From contig NC_013849.1 of assembly GCF_000025505.1 (NCBI RefSeq), positions 450,001 to 482,000 on the forward strand: DNA of 32,000 bases, in the 5' to 3' direction. This DNA is from Ferroglobus placidus DSM 10642 (lineage in GTDB: Archaea > Halobacteriota > Archaeoglobi > Archaeoglobales > Archaeoglobaceae). Positions 9,741 through 18,344 of the stretch are shown here, piece by piece. A program made the translations under genes and the position numbers. Every line of letters starts with the position of its first letter. Position 1 is the first letter of the stretch. The notes beneath the pieces are model-generated. The model searched no databases, was not told where the DNA came from, and worked only from the letters and a program-made list of their open reading frames with translations.

Positions 9741-10040
9741 GTGGATGAAAAGAGTAGGGATAGAATATCATGCCTGCTGCTGGTTAAAAACATGGTTCTG
9801 GCGCTGGTAATCGCCCTTGCAATCCCTCCCTTCAGCTTCGTCCTCTTTGGGGAACTTCTTGCAATGCTGGCCCTCAACATCTTCGCCATCCCGCTGCACT
9901 TCCTCGGGCTGATCCATCCCAACCTCTCGTGGTGGATGTGGTGTGTAGTTATCGCATCGTGGATCACCGACATTTCCGCGGCTGCAGTGTTTGGAGATGT
10001 GGGGTTTGGGGTGCACATACGTATCGGAGAGCCCTCTTAA
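9741..10040 (+). CDS. small integral membrane protein
   Basis: Multiple hydrophobic segments; SD AGGAGGTGGG before GTG. Confidence 0.6.
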   Translation: MDEKSRDRISCLLLVKNMVLALVIALAIPPFSFVLFGELLAMLALNIFAIPLHFLGLIHPNLSWWMWCVVIASWITDISAAAVFGDVGFGVHIRIGEPS

Positions 10041-10075
10041 TTTGTTGTGGTTTTGGTGTTTGTTGAAATCTAGAG

Positions 10076-10537
10076 GTGGTGTGCATGGGGAGTGTGACTA
10101 ATACAGCGATCTGTCCGGTATGCGGGGAGGAGTACTGGTACGATTATGATACAAGAACCGGAACCACCACAAAGCTCTCATCCTGTGCATGCGACCGTGA
10201 GATAGAATGCATGAGAGAATTCATCAGGATGAAAGGGCTAAAGGATGAGTTCAGGGAGTTCATGAGGGAGAGGGAGAAGGAATACTGGCATGACTGGATT
10301 GTTGAGAGGGGTGAAGTGGCGTATGATGTACAGGAGTTTCTTGAATCTCTCAAAGAGCGCATTGAAAGTATACAGGAGTTCCTGGGCACAGACGACATAC
10401 TGCACGCTGTGGCGGAGGGATTGAAGGCGGTGGGATGTGGCCCGCAGGAACTGGATAAGGTCGTGAGGGAGCTTGCAGAACTTCTTGGAGGAAGTGGAGA
10501 GGCGGTCAGGAAAAAGATGCTGGCTGCACTGCTTTAG
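10076..10537 (+). CDS. zinc-ribbon-like protein with shared C-terminal domain and RKKMLAALL tail
   Basis: CPVCGEEYWY...CACD, and C-terminal region paralogous to the next ORF. Confidence 0.65.
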   Translation: MVCMGSVTNTAICPVCGEEYWYDYDTRTGTTTKLSSCACDREIECMREFIRMKGLKDEFREFMREREKEYWHDWIVERGEVAYDVQEFLESLKERIESIQEFLGTDDILHAVAEGLKAVGCGPQELDKVVRELAELLGGSGEAVRKKMLAALL

Positions 10538-10551
10538 CACTGGGTGGTAGT

Positions 10552-10806
10552 TTGCCAATTCTTCCTCTCCATCCCTTCGCCTTGGGACTCTATGCTGACC
10601 TCTCAGCCTGGCTGAAAAGTGTTGAAGAGCATGTTGACGAGCTCCTTTCTGAAGGAGGCGATGAGTTGCTGGAAATCGTGGCGGAGAGCTTGAAGGAGAC
10701 AGGGTGCGACCCGGAGGAGCTGGATGAAACTGTGAGGGGGCTTGCAGAGCTGCTCGGTGAAAATGAGGAAGTAGTCAGAAGGAAAATCCTTGAGAAGATT
10801 CTGTAG
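10552..10806 (+). CDS. short paralogue of the C-terminal domain of the preceding ORF (RRKILEKIL tail)
   Basis: TTG start after GGTGG; IVAESLKETGCDPEELDETVRGLAELLGENEEVVRRKILEKIL matches the upstream ORF C-terminus. Confidence 0.6.
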   Translation: MPILPLHPFALGLYADLSAWLKSVEEHVDELLSEGGDELLEIVAESLKETGCDPEELDETVRGLAELLGENEEVVRRKILEKIL

Positions 10807-10861
10807 TTTGCCTCTTGCCTTTGTTTTTGGTTTTTGGTTGGTTTTAAAGAGAGGTGGTAGT

Positions 10862-11245
10862 ATGGTTGTTGAGGAGGTTAGGGAAATTCAGCTGATGCTG
10901 GAGTGTTTTTGCGGGATTCCGAGCGAGGATGAGGTTGAAGAGATCAATGAGATACAGAGTGCAAAGGTGAGGAGATTTCTCAGAAAGTACGGCTGGGGAT
11001 ATGGCGTGAACATCAACCTGAACGAGTACCACCCTGAACCTGTTTTCAGGGTTCAGAGAGAGGATGAGGCAGGAGGATGCGATGCCCTGATCCCGCCCGA
11101 TGCTGATATGGAGAAGCTGGAAGAGCTCAAGAGAGCAATAATCTTCTGGAACGAGAACTCTCTAAATGAGGCTGGCAGGAAGATGCTTGACAGGGTGTTT
11201 GACCTGCTCGATGAGCTTGGGGCGGTTGAGCTTAACTGGTACTGA
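10862..11245 (+). CDS. hypothetical protein (~127 aa)
   Basis: ATG at 10862 after GAGGTGG; the upstream part of the track ORF overlaps the previous gene. Confidence 0.6.
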   Translation: MVVEEVREIQLMLECFCGIPSEDEVEEINEIQSAKVRRFLRKYGWGYGVNINLNEYHPEPVFRVQREDEAGGCDALIPPDADMEKLEELKRAIIFWNENSLNEAGRKMLDRVFDLLDELGAVELNWY

Positions 11246-11286
11246 GTTTTGAGTTTTTGGTTTTTAAGGTGTGAGGAGGTGGTAGT

Positions 11287-11541
11287 ATGACTTTGGTGGG
11301 AGAAGAGAGAGTTAGGAAGTTTGTGATTGTGCAGTTCTATGACAGCGAGATGGAAGACACACCATTCCTCGTTGAAACAGATCTGACTGAGGAGGAGCTT
11401 TCAGAGCAGGTTGAGGAGATCATAAAGAGATATGAGGAAGAGGAGTTCTACGACTGGTCGTATGATGATATTGTGGAGGAGCTTAAGAAAAGGGGCGTGA
11501 TCAGAGTTATCCCCGCTGACTTCTACAGAATCTACGCCTGA
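11287..11541 (+). CDS. small acidic protein, tandem paralogue A
   Basis: SD GGAGGTGG. Shares LTEEELSEQVEEII...Y.DI.EEL.KRG.I..(I/V).ADF..IY with the next ORF. Confidence 0.65.
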   Translation: MTLVGEERVRKFVIVQFYDSEMEDTPFLVETDLTEEELSEQVEEIIKRYEEEEFYDWSYDDIVEELKKRGVIRVIPADFYRIYA

Positions 11542-11612
11542 TTTCTTGTAATTGGTCTTCTGGCTTTTTGGGTTTTTGATTTTTGATTGATTGGAAGTGA
11601 GGATGTGGTAGA

Positions 11613-11858
11613 ATGGGCGAAGATGAGAAGAAAATGGTGGTTTTGCGCCTCTATGATGAGAATTTACACAGTATCTATGTCGTAAAGACGGTCTTGACTG
11701 AGAAGGAACTTTCTAAGCTCGTCAGGGAGGTTGTTGATGAGATCTTTGAAACCAATTGGTGTTATGAGGACATCATCGAAGAGCTGGAGAAGAGAGGGGC
11801 TATTGAGAGGGTTAATGCTGATTTCTGCGAGATTTATGTCCCGCTTTTTGATTTTTGA
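11613..11858 (+). CDS. small acidic protein, tandem paralogue B
   Basis: As above; alignable with 11287-11541. Confidence 0.65.
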   Translation: MGEDEKKMVVLRLYDENLHSIYVVKTVLTEKELSKLVREVVDEIFETNWCYEDIIEELEKRGAIERVNADFCEIYVPLFDF

Positions 11859-11892
11859 TTGAGGCAGTGGTTTATGGGCGGGGGGATTTGTA

Positions 11893-12621
11893 ATGGGGAA
11901 GCTCTCTAAAAAATGCCCAAAATGCGGATCAAAGGAAGTTGTAACCATGCATCCCACCGATGGCAAGGCTGTTGAGGATCTCGAAAGACTGTCTGAAAGC
12001 AGCTACTGGCAGGATCTTGTGTACATACAGTGCAGAAACTGCGGATATTACCTGGACAGCAAAAAACCAGCTCCTGCATCCGCAACATTCTGCAGCGAGT
12101 GCTTCTGCTTCGGTTACACCAAACTGTATCAGGACTTCGTCACCTACAGCGGATTCGATGAGGAGGTTGATAACTCATCAGATCTCGTAAGAGTCTACTG
12201 TCCTGCATGCGATGGTGAGGAGCTGGTAAAGGTTGATCTCAGCACAGAGTTTTCAGAAATTCTGTCTGAGCTTGGTGATCTGGCAGATGAGGAAGGGATT
12301 AGCCTGACACAGAGCATAGAGTGGGCAGATGATGAGAGCACTGCCAGGGAGTACTCAATAGCAGCCCTGATCTTTACCGCTGCAGGGAAGGGCATTATCA
12401 GAACAAAGCACCACACCTCCACACGGCATGTGAATGAAAATACGGAAAAAGCGAGGGAGCTGCTTGAAAAGGCAATAAGGGTGGATGCAAGGGCTGTAAT
12501 TAATGTGGTTAAGCTCCTGTCAAAGACGCGGGCCTGGAGAGATGCGAAGGTGAGGGACGTTGCAGTGTGGGTGGATGCAGTGATCAGAAATCACCCTGAA
12601 GTCCTTGCAGACCTCATGTAA
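11893..12621 (+). CDS. multi zinc-ribbon protein, unknown function
   Basis: CPKCGSKEVV, CRNCGYY, CSECFCFG, CPACDGEEL. Confidence 0.7.
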   Translation: MGKLSKKCPKCGSKEVVTMHPTDGKAVEDLERLSESSYWQDLVYIQCRNCGYYLDSKKPAPASATFCSECFCFGYTKLYQDFVTYSGFDEEVDNSSDLVRVYCPACDGEELVKVDLSTEFSEILSELGDLADEEGISLTQSIEWADDESTAREYSIAALIFTAAGKGIIRTKHHTSTRHVNENTEKARELLEKAIRVDARAVINVVKLLSKTRAWRDAKVRDVAVWVDAVIRNHPEVLADLM

Positions 12622-12700
12622 ACCTTGACAATGCTTTTATTAATTAAAGAAGGAAGAGAACACGGTTTTTGGATTTTAAGGCAGATAGTTGGGTGAGAAA

Positions 12701-13303
12701 ATGTCATGGGAGACGCTTGTTGTGGGATCTTTAGCCTTCAAATCCGGAACTCCTGAAGAGATCAAGTTACAGATTCTTGAGGAGCTCGAAGAGGTGCTGG
12801 AAACAACGATAGAGTATGATGCAAGGTGGCAGGAGTGGAAATTTGAGGACGTTAACTGGACATCACACGTCTCTGAAGAAAAAATAAGGAAGGTTTACAA
12901 TAAATGGAGGCCTTTCTTCACCAGATTTTCAGTATCGCTGTACTACCTATCTGAAGCAGATTACAGCGAGCACGATGAGGCTGAAGATCAGGATGCAAAG
13001 GCAATTCTGGAGGGAATTGTAGATTCTCTCCTGAGAGGGGAGAATGACGGAGATTTGGGTGAGGAGGAAAATAGCGTGGGCGAGGTGCTCGAACTCCTTA
13101 CAAAGTTTGTGAGGGGGGTGAAGGACAGAGATGTAGTGCGTGAGGTGCTTACACCAAAAATTGACAGAATAGCAGAAGTCATTGCAGAGAGAGGAGGGAT
13201 TGAGAGGGAAAAGATGCCTGTGGTTCTGGAACTTATTGGTGTTCTGGAGGAAATGAACATTCCGGCGGAGGGGCTCAAGAAAACCCTGCTTGAGGCCGCG
13301 TAA
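12701..13303 (+). CDS. hypothetical protein (~200 aa), LKKTLLEAA C-terminus
   Basis: ATG after GGTGAG SD; acidic helical protein. Confidence 0.65.
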   Translation: MSWETLVVGSLAFKSGTPEEIKLQILEELEEVLETTIEYDARWQEWKFEDVNWTSHVSEEKIRKVYNKWRPFFTRFSVSLYYLSEADYSEHDEAEDQDAKAILEGIVDSLLRGENDGDLGEEENSVGEVLELLTKFVRGVKDRDVVREVLTPKIDRIAEVIAERGGIEREKMPVVLELIGVLEEMNIPAEGLKKTLLEAA

Positions 13304-13338
13304 GCTTTTGGATGTTGTAATGCAGGAGGGGAAGTGAG

Positions 13339-14586
13339 ATGCTAATTTATGAGACTGACAGCATGGCTGTAAGGCAAACCGGAGATATTCTGGAGATAGA
13401 AATTAGGAGAGAGCTTGATGGAGGGGAGTTCCGGCAGCTTTGCGAGGCTGTAGATCTGGCAAGTGGTTTAGATTTCATAAAGCTCAGGTACGGCAGTAGC
13501 GAAACTGGATATATCCTCTCTGTGGAGAACAGGAGGACAAAGTCAGCTGGAGTGATCCTGATTCCGAACAGCCCCGTGCGGATGACAGTTAACCTGAAAA
13601 CCGTTGAAGTTGAGAGCGATCCGGAAATATACGGAAGGTTCACAATGCTCATAAAGAAGTTTGGGAACTACCGCCTGCCCTTGCCCGACGCAATCAGGGT
13701 TGAGGATGCGGGCAGGATTGTGTTCAGAGAGTACCATGGCCCCCTCTTCGACGCAAAACTTTACGAGGCCGTGCTTGATGTTGAGAATGGGGAGATAGAG
13801 TACAGGATACAGGGTAGCGGCAAGGCCCAGCCCCCGTTATCCCCGCTATACGTTGTGAAAGATACTACAAGGAAGGGAAAGAGGTATCTGGTGTTCAAAG
13901 ATGCGCTCCACCCCTTCGACACCGTATATTACAGCATCCTCAGGGATGAAATACGGTATGAGAATGACTACGGCAACAGGGTTGCGGAGTTCTGGAGGAG
14001 AGTGAGGGATGCAGGGTTTAAACTGCTTGGCGCGGACATGCAGGAGAAGGTACTGGAGAAGCTGAAAACAGAGAGCATTGATGACGTGCTTGAGTGGTAC
14101 AAAAAGCAGCATGATAAAATGCATGCTACCCTTAAGAGAAACGAAGAGGTGAGAGAGTTATTTGAGAGACTCATAACTGACTGCTATCTTGAAACCAGCT
14201 CCTGCACAGTTGCAGTTCTTCCAACAGACTACAGAACCATGCTGCTGATCCATGGCAGCGAGTGTGAGGTTCTGGTGAAGGAATATGCAGATGACTGGAC
14301 AAAAAGGAGAGACACATACAAGGTTCTGCGAAGAATTATGGATGGGAGAGTGGAGGATGCAGTAAGAGAGGCTGAGAGCTGCGCCGTAAAACTTGACAGT
14401 ATGGCCGCAGGAGAGAGACTTGTGGAAGAGTTCAAGAGGATCAGGAAAGGACGGTATACTGTGTACTTCATCCATGATGGGAGAATGATGCATGGGTGGG
14501 ATGACAGGCACAAAAAACTGCCCGATCTTCTGCTACCCAAACTCCCGATGTCAATCAGACAGGCCGTGCTGGCTGCCATGCTCTGA
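13339..14586 (+). CDS. hypothetical protein (415 aa), RQAVLAAML C-terminus
   Basis: Long ORF with upstream GGAGG. Confidence 0.7.
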   Translation: MLIYETDSMAVRQTGDILEIEIRRELDGGEFRQLCEAVDLASGLDFIKLRYGSSETGYILSVENRRTKSAGVILIPNSPVRMTVNLKTVEVESDPEIYGRFTMLIKKFGNYRLPLPDAIRVEDAGRIVFREYHGPLFDAKLYEAVLDVENGEIEYRIQGSGKAQPPLSPLYVVKDTTRKGKRYLVFKDALHPFDTVYYSILRDEIRYENDYGNRVAEFWRRVRDAGFKLLGADMQEKVLEKLKTESIDDVLEWYKKQHDKMHATLKRNEEVRELFERLITDCYLETSSCTVAVLPTDYRTMLLIHGSECEVLVKEYADDWTKRRDTYKVLRRIMDGRVEDAVREAESCAVKLDSMAAGERLVEEFKRIRKGRYTVYFIHDGRMMHGWDDRHKKLPDLLLPKLPMSIRQAVLAAML

Positions 14587-14653
14587 ATTTGATTGGGCTG
14601 GATTGGACTGGTAGATTGATAGTTTATAATTTTGAGTTTTTGAGGTGGTTGGT

Positions 14654-15298
14654 GTGTTTAGTGCAAACTCCCCCGTGTTTAGCGCAAACCCCTCTCAGAG
14701 AGATTACGTAAAGATCTGCAAACCAGCGTTCTTCTCTAACAGCATACCCGAGAACAACCTGCTTTTCAGCCTCCTCCTGGATGGTAGCAGTGACAGCAGC
14801 AATCATTCAACCGAGAGAGCTGAAGAGTACGGAGAGAGATTCTGGAGGCTTGCGGGAGAGAGGCATACGCTGATCTGCTACGATATTGGAGATCGCTTAA
14901 TCCTGGAACGCGTGGAGGAATGCCACCACGACGACTCAATTCTCGACGAGCTATATGCTGCTGCCAGCATTCTCTCCGAAGCCGGGTTGAAGAGGAAGCA
15001 GGAGTTCTTTGAGAGGATTGGGGGAGAGAAGGTTAGAGAATTTATTGCGAAGCACTCCGACTACTTCATTGAGATCTTTGAATCCGAGGATGACGAGGTT
15101 ATGGGAGTGGCCACGACAATCATCAACTCTCCGGCTCCTGTGCTCTGCCAGCTTCTGCACGTTCTGACGGATGCAGAGGATGGAGAGAAGTGCGAAGCTG
15201 CTGCGAGGGTTGTTTCTGCTCTCGGTGGAGAAAGGCTTGTGGCTGTTCTGGGAAGCGACTTCACGCTGAGGAGAAGACTTCTTCCGTATCTGATCTGA
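14654..15298 (+). CDS. hypothetical protein, RRRLLPYLI C-terminus
   Basis: ORF open from 14645; GAGGTGG suggests the GTG at 14654. Confidence 0.55.
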   Translation: MFSANSPVFSANPSQRDYVKICKPAFFSNSIPENNLLFSLLLDGSSDSSNHSTERAEEYGERFWRLAGERHTLICYDIGDRLILERVEECHHDDSILDELYAAASILSEAGLKRKQEFFERIGGEKVREFIAKHSDYFIEIFESEDDEVMGVATTIINSPAPVLCQLLHVLTDAEDGEKCEAAARVVSALGGERLVAVLGSDFTLRRRLLPYLI

Positions 15299-15322
15299 TT
15301 TTTGAAGTAGTAGGTGATTTGC

Positions 15323-15457
15323 ATGCTGGTAATGAGCATGCTTAAAGGATTGCACGTCGTGAAGAGCGAGGAGCTAGATTGGCTCACAACTTTTGAGAAT
15401 TATCTGTGGGATCGAGAAGATGAAAAGCCAGGAGTTGAGAGAGGATGTCCGAATTAA
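15323..15457 (+). CDS. small ORF (44 aa) overlapping the next gene
   Basis: MLVMSMLKGLHVVKSEELDWLTTFENYLWDREDEKPGVERGCPN; upstream GTAGGTGAT SD; 13-nt overlap with the 15445 start. Confidence 0.4.
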   Translation: MLVMSMLKGLHVVKSEELDWLTTFENYLWDREDEKPGVERGCPN

Positions 15458-15894
15458 CAGAGGTGCAGTTCTGCAAGAACTGCTTGAGCTGCAGGTATAT
15501 AGTCAGGGGGAGAAGCTGGGAGGGCTATTACGAGTGGGAGCGTCTCGGCTTCATTGATCAGCGCTCGTATGAAGATGGCATGATGGAAGCGGTTTGCAGC
15601 AGGTGTGGTGGTGAAGAGTTCATAGTTGTGTGGACATCGGAGAACATTGAGGGGATTATTGAATCGGCCCTGCAGAGATACCGGTTAGATAGCAAAGACC
15701 ACTTCGAGGATGTTGCTCTTGCAGCGGTTCTCCTGGCCTCTGCAGGAAAAGGAGGGGCAGAGCTACGACAGTACGATTTTCTCAGCGATCTGTGGGTCGG
15801 AGAGGATTTCGAGGATTTTGAAGACCTGCTTTCCAGAGCCCCGAAACAGCAGCTGGAGAGAGCGAAAAGGGCTCTCCTGGGCATTCTCCTGTAA
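15445..15894 (+). CDS. zinc-ribbon-like protein, KRALLGILL C-terminus
   Basis: CKNCLSC...CSRCGGEE. Confidence 0.65.
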   Translation: MSELTEVQFCKNCLSCRYIVRGRSWEGYYEWERLGFIDQRSYEDGMMEAVCSRCGGEEFIVVWTSENIEGIIESALQRYRLDSKDHFEDVALAAVLLASAGKGGAELRQYDFLSDLWVGEDFEDFEDLLSRAPKQQLERAKRALLGILL

Positions 15895-15955
15895 TCTATC
15901 CTGAGTTTCGCTGGTTTTTTGGAATTTTAACCTTTGATTGGTGAGGTGGTAGTAT

Positions 15956-16033
15956 ATGATGTGGTGGTGGAATACAGTCTGGTACTGGTGGTTTATAACT
16001 GCGAGATGGACGATGCTGCTGATGGGTAGATGA
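15956..16033 (+). CDS. Trp-rich micropeptide ORF (25 aa)
   Basis: GAGGTGG SD, then MMWWWNTVWYWWFITARWTMLLMGR; fills an otherwise empty gene slot. Confidence 0.35.
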   Translation: MMWWWNTVWYWWFITARWTMLLMGR

Positions 16034-16090
16034 GTTTTTGGATTTTGTTTGATTTTGATTGGTTTGGTTAAGTTATGTGGAGGTGGTAGA

Positions 16091-16378
16091 ATGGGCAACC
16101 TGTATTTTGTTACTGAAGATGGGGAGGTTTATGATGACAGTAAAGACATCCCCGAAGGGAAGCCGAGCATAATGGTTCACGGCTGGAGGGATCTTGAGAA
16201 GGTTCTGCACAAGCTTGAGAGCGGGGAGGACTTCCTGGAAATTGCGAGCAGGATGTGTTCAATGTGTGGTGGCTTTGCCGAGAATGGGGATTGCAGATGC
16301 GGAAACTTCACACCTCAGCTCATCTTCGATGATAGGGGCTGCGTGATCAGATACACCTACGTTGAACTTCTATGCTAG
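16091..16378 (+). CDS. small protein with Cys cluster
   Basis: GGAGGTGG SD; CSMCGGFAENGDCRCG. Confidence 0.6.
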   Translation: MGNLYFVTEDGEVYDDSKDIPEGKPSIMVHGWRDLEKVLHKLESGEDFLEIASRMCSMCGGFAENGDCRCGNFTPQLIFDDRGCVIRYTYVELLC

Positions 16379-16430
16379 GGATTAGATGCACGACATCCTC
16401 TCTAGAAGAGCAATTTTCTCTTCTACCTAT

Positions 16431-16494
16431 AACTATAAAATTCTTCGAAAACTGTACCAAAATTCGAGTTTTGAACCAAAACGGCTATTAAAAC
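16431..16494 (+). promoter_or_regulatory. candidate archaeal promoter region for the PepSY gene
   Basis: A/T-rich boxes TATAAAA (16434) and CTATTAAAA (~16485) preceded by purine-rich BRE-like bases; gene starts at 16533. Confidence 0.35.
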
Positions 16495-16532
16495 AGAGAT
16501 ACAAGTAAAATTAAAGATAAGGAGGTGATAAA

Positions 16533-17024
16533 GTGAAAAGTAAAAACATACTGGCCTTATTGGTTGCAATGGTTGTGATTGGTGCGATTGGAGCGGTAAG
16601 TGCTGTAAGCAATACAGGTACCAATACAGGTGCCAAAGATATGCAACAGAACGTGCAAGCAGAAGTGCAGGAACCAAGTTATACTGCATCAATCAAAGCT
16701 CCACAGCTCAATCAAAAGCAGGAAGTTGGCGAGACGCAAGAAGCCAAAATGCTTGAAGGTTACGCAAAGATTACACCAAAGGATGCTGAAGCTGCCGCAC
16801 TTGCAAAAGTTCCCGGAAAGGTTGTTAAAGTCTCACTCGACAACGAAAACGGAAATGTAGTGTATTCAGTCGAAATAGCAACTGGTACAGGAATAAAAGA
16901 TGTCAAAGTCGATGCCGGGAATGGGCATGTACTGTACATCGACATAGGTAACGATCACGAAAGCGGTAAGAACACTGGACAAGAAAGTGCACTTGAACAA
17001 GAAAGCACTACAGAAGTAGAATAA
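16533..17024 (+). CDS. exported PepSY-domain protein
   Basis: N-terminal signal/TM; ITPKDAEAAALAKVPGKVVKVSLDNENGNVVYSVEIATGTGIKDVKVDAGNGHVLYID. Confidence 0.8.
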   Translation: MKSKNILALLVAMVVIGAIGAVSAVSNTGTNTGAKDMQQNVQAEVQEPSYTASIKAPQLNQKQEVGETQEAKMLEGYAKITPKDAEAAALAKVPGKVVKVSLDNENGNVVYSVEIATGTGIKDVKVDAGNGHVLYIDIGNDHESGKNTGQESALEQESTTEVE

Positions 17025-17101
17025 TTCAACTCTGAATTAAACCTAAACTTTTAATTCCCTTTTCTTTTTTTGTATTATTTAAAGAATTGTGAGGTGAAAA
17101 A

Positions 17102-17371
17102 ATGGAGGTTCTTGATCTTGACGAAATAATAAGAGTTCTTTCAAGTTTCCTTGCTCTTTTTATATTTGCCATTTCAGCAATAGCCTATACCCGGGAGCGA
17201 AGAAGAAAACTCCTTATTGTCTCCGCAGCATTTTTCTTCTATGCACTAAAGGGCCTTCTCAAAATTTCAGACATCTTCCTCCCCCAGAAAGGTAATTTCA
17301 TTGAGGTTACGGCGAATCTGCTCGATTTCGTGATACTGCTCCTGTTCTTCCTTGCAATGGTAAAAAAATAG
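17102..17371 (+). CDS. small membrane protein (3 hydrophobic segments)
   Basis: Hydrophobicity pattern; directly upstream of the HTH gene. Confidence 0.65.
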   Translation: MEVLDLDEIIRVLSSFLALFIFAISAIAYTRERRRKLLIVSAAFFFYALKGLLKISDIFLPQKGNFIEVTANLLDFVILLLFFLAMVKK

Positions 17372-17378
17372 GTGAAGC

Positions 17379-17903
17379 ATGGAGATCGAGCTTGATACAA
17401 GAAGAAAAATCTATGAATTAATAGTAAAGTCTCCCGGAATTCATTTTAGAGAGATTGAAAGAAGACTTGGCATGGCTGTTGGAAGTTTGCAGTATCATCT
17501 TCATTTCCTTGAGAAGAAAAATTTAATAAAAGTCGAGCAGGATGGAGAATACCTTCGCTACTTCCCAGTGGAAAGTCCATTAAGTCAGAATGACAAAAAG
17601 ATACTGTCTTTTCTTAGACGAAAAACATCAAGACGCATCCTAATATTTCTCTTGAACAAACCCGGTGCGAATAACAAAGACATTTCCAGAGGAATTGGTC
17701 TCTCACCTTCCACTATCTCATGGCACCTGAACAAACTTGTGGAAGCTGAAATTGTCGAGAGGAAGAGAGAAGGAAGAGAGAGTTTTTTTAAGGTGAAAGA
17801 TCCTGAAAGAGTTGTGAAACTCATGATAACCTACAAAGAAAGTTTTCTCGATAAGCTTGTTGACGGTTTTGTAGAGATTTGGGAGCATTCAGAACTGGAT
17901 TGA
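17379..17903 (+). CDS. tandem winged helix-turn-helix transcriptional regulator
   Basis: Two wHTH units: PGIHFREIERRLGMAVGSLQYHLHFLEKKNLI and PGANNKDISRGIGLSPSTISWHLNKLVEAEIVERK. Confidence 0.85.
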   Translation: MEIELDTRRKIYELIVKSPGIHFREIERRLGMAVGSLQYHLHFLEKKNLIKVEQDGEYLRYFPVESPLSQNDKKILSFLRRKTSRRILIFLLNKPGANNKDISRGIGLSPSTISWHLNKLVEAEIVERKREGRESFFKVKDPERVVKLMITYKESFLDKLVDGFVEIWEHSELD

Positions 17904-18188
17904 GGGCAAGTTAAAGAGCTGCTTGAAGCTATAGTAACATTCATCGGAACCTACAAAATCACGCAGCCAGTAAGTGAGTTCCACTTCACCGGAACTGGCA
18001 TAAGCAGGTTCTCCGACTATCTGGTCCTAGACAGGCATATAGAAATCGATGGAGAACTGCTCAAGGTGGTTGCAGTTGTTAGGAACAGAGTTGGCAGCCA
18101 CGAGAGAGGGATCATCTCAAGTGCTGCACCGTTTGACTTTCTGGTTTTTGTACTTCCTGGTGAGGTGATGTTATGTCTTTATCCATAA
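17904..18188 (+). pseudogene. possible 5'-truncated coding remnant
   Basis: Frame is open with protein-like content (VKELLEAIVTFIGTYKITQPVSEFHFTGTGISRFSDYLVLDRHIEIDGELLKVVAVVRNRVG...) but has no ATG/GTG/TTG near its start; directly follows the HTH stop. Confidence 0.4.
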
Positions 18189-18289
18189 AGGTTGTGCTGG
18201 GGGATTTTCTGGACGAAAACTGGAAACTTGACCTGGATCTGTCAGGTGCTGATGAAGAAATAAGAAAGATCATTCGCATACGGGGCTGA
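18173..18289 (+). CDS. small ORF (38 aa)
   Basis: GAGGTGAT SD; MSLSIKVVLGDFLDENWKLDLDLSGADEEIRKIIRIRG. Confidence 0.4.
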   Translation: MSLSIKVVLGDFLDENWKLDLDLSGADEEIRKIIRIRG

Positions 18290-18333
18290 CTTTTGGTTGG
18301 TTTTACCCGGTTTTTTGCCTGTTTAACCAAAAG
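18290..18333. repeat. perfect 9-bp inverted repeat CTTTTGGTT / AACCAAAAG flanking a T-rich core
   Basis: Arms 18290-18298 and 18325-18333, immediately after a stop and before the GHKL gene. Confidence 0.6.
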
Positions 18334-18344
18334 AGGTGTTTTAA

